Source: Thermoanaerobaculia bacterium (lineage in GTDB: Bacteria; Acidobacteriota; Thermoanaerobaculia; UBA5066). Taken from it: 64,000 nucleotides of DNA. The position numbers were made by a program, and so were the translations under genes. The DNA lies in NCBI GenBank assembly GCA_038245905.1, contig JBBRRY010000021.1:1-64000 (forward strand), written 5' to 3'. Positions 19,384 through 29,542 of this stretch are shown here, one piece after another (the first letter of the stretch is position 1; each line of letters starts with the position of its first letter). The notes under the pieces are model-generated. The model worked only from the letters and a program-made list of their open reading frames with translations. It did not search any database and had not been told where the DNA came from.

Positions 19384-20915
19384 TCTCCCTCGTACGTCCT
19401 CACGAGGACCTGGTCGTTCAGGCGGTTCACGGGCGCGTCGTCGATCCGCGCCACGTCCGGGCCGAAGACGAAAAGCCCCGGCAGGAGGTCGGTCGAGAGG
19501 GCGCGCAGGCCCTCGGGAAGACGCGGCTTCACGTCGGGCGGCGTGGCCGCCGCGAGGACGAATCCCCAGTCGCCGAAGGAGGGCACCGCGATGTGGTACG
19601 GGCGTGTCGCGAAGCCGGCCGCGCGGAGCGTCGCGTCCACGATCCAGAAGCTGCGGCGGGCGAAGAGGGGAGACGTCGACTGGACGCAGAGAACGCCGTC
19701 AGGATCCAGCTTCCGTTTCACGAGGGAATAGAACCGCGACGTGTAGAGCTTGCCGACCGCGTAGCTGTTCGGGTCCGGAAAATCGACGAGAACGACGTCG
19801 AAGAGGTCGGGCTCCTTCTCGATCCAGATCATAGCGTCCTCGTTGACGACGCGGACTTTCGGAGAGAGGAGCGAGCCGCCGTTCAGCGCGAGGAAAAGAG
19901 GATGCGTCATCGCGAGGCGCGTCATTTCGGGATCGAGGTCCACGAGCGTCACGCTCTCGACCTCGGGGTGCTTCAGGATCTCCCGCACGGCGAGGCCGTC
20001 GCCGCCGCCCAGCACCGCCACGCGCCGAGCGCGCGGCGCGGCCGCGAAGGCCGGGTGGACGAGGGCCTCGTGGTAGCGGTATTCGTCCACGGACGAGAAC
20101 TGAAGGTGCCCGTTCAGGAAGAGCTGGAAGCCCGCCCGGTTGCGCGTCACGACGATGCGCTGGTAGGCCGTGGACCGGGCCACGACGACTTCGTCGGCGT
20201 ACTGGCTCTCCTCGGCCACCGCCGTGAGCCGGTCCGCGGCGACGAACGCGGCGAGGAGGATCGCCGTGACGATGCCGGCCCGCGCGAAGAGCCCGCCCGG
20301 CGGCCCGACCCGGTCGCGAAACAGGCGGATCGACCAGAACGCGACGGCCGCGTTCAGTAGGCCGAACAGGACCGACGTGCGCGTTAGCCCGAGGCGCGGA
20401 AGAAGAACGAGCGGGAAGAGGATCGAGGCGGCGAGGGATCCGAGGTAGTCGAAGGTCAGGACTTGCGCCACGAGGTCGCGGAATACGACGGTGTCCTTGA
20501 GGAGGCGCATGAGGAGCGGGATCTCGAGGCCGACGAGCGTTCCGATCGCGACGACGACTCCGTAGAAGACGGGCGCAAACCAGCGGGGCGAGGAGAACGC
20601 GAAGAACAGGAGCGGCGCCGAGAGCCCGCCCACGAACGCGACCGCGATCTCCGCTTCCACGAAACGCCGCGCGACTCCGCGGACGACGAAGCGCGAGAGG
20701 AACGCGCCGAGCCCGAGCGAGCTGAGGTAGACGCCGATGACGAGCGAGAACTGCGTGACCGAGTCGCCGAGCAGATAGCTCGCGAGCGCGCCGGCGACGA
20801 GCTCGTAGATGAGGCCGCAGGACGCGATGGCGAGGACGGTGAGGTAGACCGGCCCCGGCCGCAGGGCCGGGACCGCGCCGGAACCGGGCCCGGCGCCCTG
20901 TGCGCCGTCGCCCAC
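19365..20915 (-). CDS. speE: Membrane-bound polyamine aminopropyltransferase (spermidine synthase-like, about 7 N-terminal TMs)
   Basis: YRYHEALVHP, LGGGDG, VDLDP, DFPDP, VPSFGDWGF; hydrophobic N-terminal ~230 aa. Confidence 0.9.
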   Translation of the reverse strand: MGDGAQGAGPGSGAVPALRPGPVYLTVLAIASCGLIYELVAGALASYLLGDSVTQFSLVIGVYLSSLGLGAFLSRFVVRGVARRFVEAEIAVAFVGGLSAPLLFFAFSSPRWFAPVFYGVVVAIGTLVGLEIPLLMRLLKDTVVFRDLVAQVLTFDYLGSLAASILFPLVLLPRLGLTRTSVLFGLLNAAVAFWSIRLFRDRVGPPGGLFARAGIVTAILLAAFVAADRLTAVAEESQYADEVVVARSTAYQRIVVTRNRAGFQLFLNGHLQFSSVDEYRYHEALVHPAFAAAPRARRVAVLGGGDGLAVREILKHPEVESVTLVDLDPEMTRLAMTHPLFLALNGGSLLSPKVRVVNEDAMIWIEKEPDLFDVVLVDFPDPNSYAVGKLYTSRFYSLVKRKLDPDGVLCVQSTSPLFARRSFWIVDATLRAAGFATRPYHIAVPSFGDWGFVLAAATPPDVKPRLPEGLRALSTDLLPGLFVFGPDVARIDDAPVNRLNDQVLVRTYEGEWKRFD

Positions 20916-20919
20916 GCGA

Positions 20920-21144
20920 TCAGCCTCCCATGACGGCGGCCGCGATGATCATCGCCATGGCGATCACGATCGACCCGATCACGATGCCGAGCGCCGTGTT
21001 CTGGTCTTCCTCCATCTCCTTTTTCAGAGAGAAGGGGAGTATTCGCGGCAGGATCGCGAAGAAGATGCCGAGAAGCACCATTCCGAGGACCGAGAACACG
21101 ACCGTCGACGTCACCTGATGCCCGTGTAGCTGCCACCAGTCCAT
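20920..21144 (-). CDS. DUF350 family small membrane protein
   Basis: Two TMs around KEMEEDQNTALGI; TAATG overlap with the upstream stop. Confidence 0.85.
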   Translation of the reverse strand: MDWWQLHGHQVTSTVVFSVLGMVLLGIFFAILPRILPFSLKKEMEEDQNTALGIVIGSIVIAMAMIIAAAVMGG

Positions 21145-21320
21145 TACTTGCCTCCGCTCCAGAAGTGCCACGTCCGATAGCCGCCCGCGTTACGGGCACC
21201 CGGAGGCAGCGTGTTGCGTTGCGTGTTTCCGGCCGTTTCCCACCCCGAGAACGCAGCGAGGGTGTACGCGAGGAGGAGCGCGCCGCCGAAGACCTGAAAG
21301 AAGCGTCTCATCGGATTCAT
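21144..21320 (-). CDS. 58-aa membrane-anchored peptide ending GGYRTWHFWSGGK
   Basis: GGAGG SD, one hydrophobic segment, stop overlaps the DUF350 start. Confidence 0.75.
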   Translation of the reverse strand: MNPMRRFFQVFGGALLLAYTLAAFSGWETAGNTQRNTLPPGARNAGGYRTWHFWSGGK

Positions 21321-21330
21321 CCGGCCTCCC

Positions 21331-23415
21331 TCATTCGTCGTCGCCCTTGTCATCGTCGCGCTCGCCGCCCGAGCTCGTGAAGTCGCTTTCGGACCAGCGG
21401 CGCCCCTCGAACGTGAGCTTCCTGAAGCTGAGCACCGTCGGGATCACGAGAAGCAGCAGGATGACCCAAACCAGATGCGAGACGTGCGGCACGCCGCTCG
21501 TGAGCCGCACGCGGAACGAGGGCGGCGCCTTGCCGGCCTCCGTTTCGGGATCGAGCCTCAGGACCCACTTGCCCGCCGGAATGCGCGGTACGTAGATCCG
21601 CCGGTTCTGCCTGCCTTCGCTCCAGCTCTCACCGCCGTCGACACCCGCGTAGCGGTCGGAGATCATGTCGAACGACCGGACCTCGCCGGTGGCCTCGGAA
21701 ATCAGGTTGAAGCTGACGGCGACCCAGTTGTTTTCCGTCGGCGCCCAGAGATCCGCGGCGAGATTCGCGCCGCGTTTCGTCTCGAACGGTGCCGAGACGA
21801 TCGCGCGCGCGGCCGCGAGCGCATTCTCGGCGGCCTCCCGGGCCGCGATGGGGTTCGCGGGCTTCGGGAGCGACTCGTCGTTCTGCGACCAGTCGGCCGA
21901 GGTCGACGTCTTGCTCCCGCGCGCCGCGTAGATGCCGCGCGCGGAATCCACGAGGTCGAAGGTCTGGTCGTAGACGACGGCATGCGGCGTAATGAGGCGC
22001 GCCAGGAAGAAGACGACGATCGACGCGAGGGTCAGGATCCAGGCCGTCTTCCACCAGATGCGGGCCGTCTCGGCGTGGGGCCAGGGCTGGCACGCTCCGA
22101 CGCCCTCAGGCGACGGAAGCGGTTCCTTGAGCGCGAAGGCGGCCTCGATCTCCGCGGGCGGGACGTAGGCGCCCTCGGTCCAGGCAATTTCCTTCTGCGC
22201 CTTCTCCATGGAAAGCATGCGAGGCGGGCTGACGAAGTCCGTGGCCTCGGTCGTCTCTCCGGTCCGTACGGTCCAGTAGAACTCACCGAGCACTCCGGCA
22301 ACGCGGGCCTTGTTGCGCGAGAACACGCGGTAACTATTGTTCCGGAAGGCCGCCACTTTCGGTCCGTGCTCCACCTCGCCGGCGGGCACGGGCTCGAGCA
22401 GGGTGTAGTGGCCGTTCGACTCCGCGAGCCAGTGGTAGGCCTCCGACTTTTCATCCTTGAGGAGGTATTCCGTCCAGAAGTAGTCCTCGCCGTCGGAGGA
22501 GCACATCTTCTGGACCGCTCCGAGAATGGCATAGCGATGGCCTCGCAGGTTTCCTTCCGCGCCGAGCGGCAAGAGCGGCTTGAACGGCACCGCGGCGAGC
22601 TTCTCGAGCACCGTGAACTTCGAAGGAGGGCCCGTCTCCTTGCGGTCGGCCGAACCCAGGAGCGAGCCGCAGAACGGGCACGCGATCCTGACGGTGTTCG
22701 CCGGGTCCTTCAGCTGGAGCGCGCCGCCGCAGTTCGGGCAGTTCAGCGCGAGGGCCCTGGTGGAGACCGTGCGATCCGACCACGCGACGAGCTCCGCGAT
22801 GCCCAGGCTCTCGAGCGCCACGGGCTTGCCCACGTAGAAGCCGTCGAGAGAGGGGCCGTCGCCGTAGTCGAGCGTCGCGAGACTCCCATCCGCTCCGGAG
22901 AGATCCGCGAAGCGGAAGACGCTCCCGGGCGGAGCGACGAACGGCAGCTCGCCCTCGGCGGAGGAATATGTGGCGTCGCGGACTTCGGTGATCGCGAAGC
23001 TGCCGTAACCGCCGAGGTCGAGCGTCTCCCCGGGCGACAGCGCCTCGAACGCCGGGACCGCCGGGGGCTTCATCGGCGTCATGAGCCAGAAGCCGCCCTG
23101 CGCCTCGGCGAGCCATCCCCAGGTCCCGTCCGTGAATCCGACGTACCACTCGTCCCAAGTGCCCTCGCCCGTCGAGAGCTGGAGCCGCCCCGCGATGTGG
23201 AACGGCCGCGTCCCCTTCTGCGGGCGCGCGTCCATCCCCACTTTGAAGGGAGACGAGGTTGGCGTGAGCTCGGCGACCGTGCCGATGGCCTCGAGGTCCG
23301 CGCCCTTGCGCGCGATCGCGGACTTGCACTGCGGGCAGATGGAGACGAGCGAAGCCCCGGTCCGAAACCGGACCAGCGCCCCGCAGTTCGGACATTGCGC
23401 CGCACGCGCGCTCAA
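21331..23415 (-). CDS. DUF4178 domain membrane protein with two Zn-ribbon modules
   Basis: CPNC/CPQC and CPNC/CPFC pairs, each followed by a WxEW/Y...WL.E...GELP/GEFYW module; two C-terminal TMs; FEGRRWSESD tail. Confidence 0.85.
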   Translation of the reverse strand: MSARAAQCPNCGALVRFRTGASLVSICPQCKSAIARKGADLEAIGTVAELTPTSSPFKVGMDARPQKGTRPFHIAGRLQLSTGEGTWDEWYVGFTDGTWGWLAEAQGGFWLMTPMKPPAVPAFEALSPGETLDLGGYGSFAITEVRDATYSSAEGELPFVAPPGSVFRFADLSGADGSLATLDYGDGPSLDGFYVGKPVALESLGIAELVAWSDRTVSTRALALNCPNCGGALQLKDPANTVRIACPFCGSLLGSADRKETGPPSKFTVLEKLAAVPFKPLLPLGAEGNLRGHRYAILGAVQKMCSSDGEDYFWTEYLLKDEKSEAYHWLAESNGHYTLLEPVPAGEVEHGPKVAAFRNNSYRVFSRNKARVAGVLGEFYWTVRTGETTEATDFVSPPRMLSMEKAQKEIAWTEGAYVPPAEIEAAFALKEPLPSPEGVGACQPWPHAETARIWWKTAWILTLASIVVFFLARLITPHAVVYDQTFDLVDSARGIYAARGSKTSTSADWSQNDESLPKPANPIAAREAAENALAAARAIVSAPFETKRGANLAADLWAPTENNWVAVSFNLISEATGEVRSFDMISDRYAGVDGGESWSEGRQNRRIYVPRIPAGKWVLRLDPETEAGKAPPSFRVRLTSGVPHVSHLVWVILLLLVIPTVLSFRKLTFEGRRWSESDFTSSGGERDDDKGDDE

Positions 23416-23477
23416 GGTGCGGGGATCTTACAGTCGATTGTGAGACGCACTCCGAGGCCGGCCCTCTCGGAGGCTGC

Positions 23478-25721
23478 TCAGCCCCCAGCCGGGCGCTCGG
23501 GGTAGAGCCGCTCGAACTCGGCGTCACCGTGGAGAATCTCGAGCTCGGGGTCCTGGCGCGCCCAGACGGCGTCCTTGAAGCCCGCGTCCCAGGCCTTCCG
23601 GAGCGCGTCCATGGCTTCCGGTTTCCTCTTCAAGAGCGCGTAGGCGCAGGCGGCGTTGTAGAGAACAGTGGCTTCGTTCGGGCGGAGTGCCACGGCAAGG
23701 TTCGTCTCCCGCATGGCGTCTTCGGTCCGGTCGAGGAACGCGTACTCGCCGGCGAGCTGAATGCGCGCGCGCGCGTCCTCGGGAACCTGCTTCAGGTGGT
23801 TCTCGAGAGTCGCGACCATCCGCTGGCGGATATTCCGCAGCCTCTCGCTCTTTCCGAGCGCCCCGAGAGCGTTTTCGATCGGCACGTAGACGTTATAGTC
23901 GTCGCCGCCCGCTGCCAGTGCAGCGTCGGCGACGTCGGCGAGCTCCTGATAGCGGCCCGAGGCGAACAGCGTGCGGCCGAGCAGGTAGTAGGCGCCTTCG
24001 CAGTCGCTCTTGCGCTCGACGGCCTGCCGGGCGCAGCGGAGCGCATCGTCGTATTGCGCATCGGCGTAGAGGATCCAGGCTTGGGCGACGAGCACCTCGG
24101 GAAGTTGAGGCCTCAAGGCGACGGCTTTCTGTGACGCCGAGATGGCGCGATTCAGCCACACGGGATCCCGCCCGTAGTTGTAGTGGTTCTGGGCGCAGAC
24201 GTTCGCGATCGCGGCGTACGCGAGCGCGAAGCCCGGGTCGAGCGCGACGGCGTTCTCGAACATCTGGAGCGCGAACTCGAAGTCCTGGCGCGTGAGGCGA
24301 CGCGCGTAGCTCTTCCCGCGCAGGTAGAGGTCATACGCTTGCAGGCTCTCGGTCGGCTTGGCCGCGAGGGCCTCTTCCTCCTGGGGCGTGAGCGTGACCC
24401 GGAGGGCCTCCGCGATCTTGCGTGCGATCTCGTCCTGAACCTCGAAGATGTCCTGCATTTCGCGGTCGTATCTCTCCGACCAGAGCGGAAAGTCGGTGTG
24501 CGTGTCCACAAGCTGCGCGTTGATGCGCAGCCGGTTGCCGGCGCGGCGCAAGCTCCCCGTGAGGACGTAGGCCGCGTTGAGCTGCTGCCCGATTTGCGCG
24601 GGCGTGACCGGCTTGTCCCGATACGCGAGGACCGTGGGCCGCGAGAAGATGCTCAGGCCCTTGATCTTCGAGAGCTCCGTGATGATGTCCTCGGTGATCC
24701 CGTCCCGGAAGTACTCGTCTTCCTTCACGCCGGAGAGGTTCTCGAAGTAGAGGACAGCGATCGACTTCTCGGCCTTGCGCGTTCCGCCCCCACGCGAGTC
24801 GCTTTTTTCGGCCACGCGCTTGCGGCCCGAGTCCATGTCCCGTTTCAGACGAGCGAGATCGGTCTTCAGGTCCGTCGCGGTCTGGTAGCGCAGGTTCCGG
24901 TCCTTCTCGAGAGCCTTGTCGAGAATGCGGCTGAGCTCCGGAGGAAGGGCGGGGTTTCTCTGGGCCGCCGGAAGCGGATCGCGGTTGAGGATCGCGTCGA
25001 ACACGACGGCCGACGTCTCGCCCGGAAAAGGCAGTGTTCCTGTGGCGAGCTGGTAGAGGACGGTCCCAAGAGAGAAGAGGTCTGTGCGGCCGTCGACGGG
25101 CTGCCCGCGCGCTTGCTCCGGCGACATGTACGACACGGTGCCCATCGAGGTGCCGGGCGACGTGAGATCGCTTCGGGCGCCCACGGTCTCGAGACGCGAG
25201 ACTGCCCCGCCGGCGCCCCGATGGACGCTCTCGATGCGGGCGAGGCCGAAATCCAGAATCTTGACCTGCTCGCGCGCGTTCACGAAGATGTTCGCGGGCT
25301 TGACGTCGCGGTGCACGATGCCTCGGGCGTGCGCGGACTCGAGGGCGTCGGCGATCTGGACGCCTACGGCGAGCAGCTCTTCGAGCTCGAAGACGGGCCG
25401 CGCCACCATGATCTGCGCGAGCGTCTGGCCTTCGAGGAGCTCCATGACGATGAACAGCTGGTGCTCGTGCTCCTCGATGGCGAAGACGGTGCAGATCCCC
25501 GGATGGTTCAGCGCGGACGCCGCGCGCGCCTCGCGCTGAAAGCGCTCGAGCGACGGAACGTCCTGGGCGAGATCGGGCGGAAGGAATTTCAGCGCGACCC
25601 GGCGCCCGAGACGCGAGTCTTCCGCTTCGTAGACGACTCCCATTCCGCCGCTGCCGAGCCGGCGAACGACCGAATAGTGCGAGACGGTCGTCCCGATCAG
25701 GGGATCCGGTTGCGCAGACAC
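23478..25721 (-). CDS. Ser/Thr protein kinase with TolB-N-like (SIAVLYF) domain and TPR repeats
   Basis: GSGGMG, HRDVKPAN, DFG, YMSPE; SIAVLYFENLS..YFRDGITEDII; YNAAC TPR region. Confidence 0.9.
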   Translation of the reverse strand: MSAQPDPLIGTTVSHYSVVRRLGSGGMGVVYEAEDSRLGRRVALKFLPPDLAQDVPSLERFQREARAASALNHPGICTVFAIEEHEHQLFIVMELLEGQTLAQIMVARPVFELEELLAVGVQIADALESAHARGIVHRDVKPANIFVNAREQVKILDFGLARIESVHRGAGGAVSRLETVGARSDLTSPGTSMGTVSYMSPEQARGQPVDGRTDLFSLGTVLYQLATGTLPFPGETSAVVFDAILNRDPLPAAQRNPALPPELSRILDKALEKDRNLRYQTATDLKTDLARLKRDMDSGRKRVAEKSDSRGGGTRKAEKSIAVLYFENLSGVKEDEYFRDGITEDIITELSKIKGLSIFSRPTVLAYRDKPVTPAQIGQQLNAAYVLTGSLRRAGNRLRINAQLVDTHTDFPLWSERYDREMQDIFEVQDEIARKIAEALRVTLTPQEEEALAAKPTESLQAYDLYLRGKSYARRLTRQDFEFALQMFENAVALDPGFALAYAAIANVCAQNHYNYGRDPVWLNRAISASQKAVALRPQLPEVLVAQAWILYADAQYDDALRCARQAVERKSDCEGAYYLLGRTLFASGRYQELADVADAALAAGGDDYNVYVPIENALGALGKSERLRNIRQRMVATLENHLKQVPEDARARIQLAGEYAFLDRTEDAMRETNLAVALRPNEATVLYNAACAYALLKRKPEAMDALRKAWDAGFKDAVWARQDPELEILHGDAEFERLYPERPAGG

Positions 25722-25762
25722 GCTGCGCGGGAGACTAACTCATGGCCGAGGCGAGACGGAGA

Positions 25763-28612
<2,850 letters not shown>

Positions 28613-28777
28613 GTGATCCTCCGACGGTCCCGCCGGAGCCGGCGGGCGGCCGGATTCTAGTGGAGAGAGCGGCCGTTTCGGGCGCGTTGATGCATCTGCT
28701 TAGAAGCCCTGCGAAATGTCGACATGCGGGCAGGATGCCACGCCGTTGACGGAGAATGCCCGCTTGAAAGGGGAACC

Positions 28778-29542
28778 ATGATGAAACCCCTCGTAAGAAT
28801 CCTGCTGTCCATCCTCGTCGTCGTGGCCCCGCCTGCCGCCGCGATCACGGCGGAGGAGATCGTCGCGAAGAACGTCGAGGCGCGCGGCGGCGCTGCCGCC
28901 CTCGCCTCGCTTAAGAGTCTCCGCCGGACCGGCCGTTTCGTGCGGCCGGGGCGCAACGTCCTGATCACGCTCTCCGACGTGAAGGCACGACCGGGGATGA
29001 TCCGGCAGGAGACCACGTACCAGGGCCTCACGCAGGTGCAGGCGTGGGACGGGGAGAAGGCCTGGCAGATCCAGCCCTTCGAGGGCCGCAAGGAGCCCTC
29101 GTACATGTCCCAGGACGACGCCCGGCCCTTTCGGCTCGCGGCGGACCTCGATGGCCCGTGGGTGAACTCAAAGGCCAAGGGCCACGCGCTCGAGTACCTC
29201 GGGACCGAGGACGTGGACGGCACGCTCGCGCACAAGCTGCGCGTCAGGCTGAAGCGGGGAGGCGACCTCACGGTCTGGATCGACCCCGACACATGGATGG
29301 TGATCCGCGACCTGCAGCGAAAACTCGCGCGTGGCGCCGAGCAGGAGATCGAGACCGATTACGGCGACTACGAGAAGGTCGGCGGCGTCTTCGTCCCGAT
29401 GAGCGAGGCGAGCGGGCCGCGCAACTCGCCGGTCTCCTCCCGCGACGAGTCCGTCTTCGAGAAAGTCGAGGCGAACATGGCCACACCCTCCGAGGCGTTC
29501 GCGTTCCCGGCGAACGCGGCGCCGGCGGGAGCGGGCCGATGA
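28778..29542 (+). CDS. Secreted LolA-like (outer-membrane lipoprotein-sorting fold) protein
   Basis: Signal peptide; EEIVAKNVEARGG, WDGEKAW, YGDYEKVGGV pattern. Confidence 0.65.
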   Translation: MMKPLVRILLSILVVVAPPAAAITAEEIVAKNVEARGGAAALASLKSLRRTGRFVRPGRNVLITLSDVKARPGMIRQETTYQGLTQVQAWDGEKAWQIQPFEGRKEPSYMSQDDARPFRLAADLDGPWVNSKAKGHALEYLGTEDVDGTLAHKLRVRLKRGGDLTVWIDPDTWMVIRDLQRKLARGAEQEIETDYGDYEKVGGVFVPMSEASGPRNSPVSSRDESVFEKVEANMATPSEAFAFPANAAPAGAGR

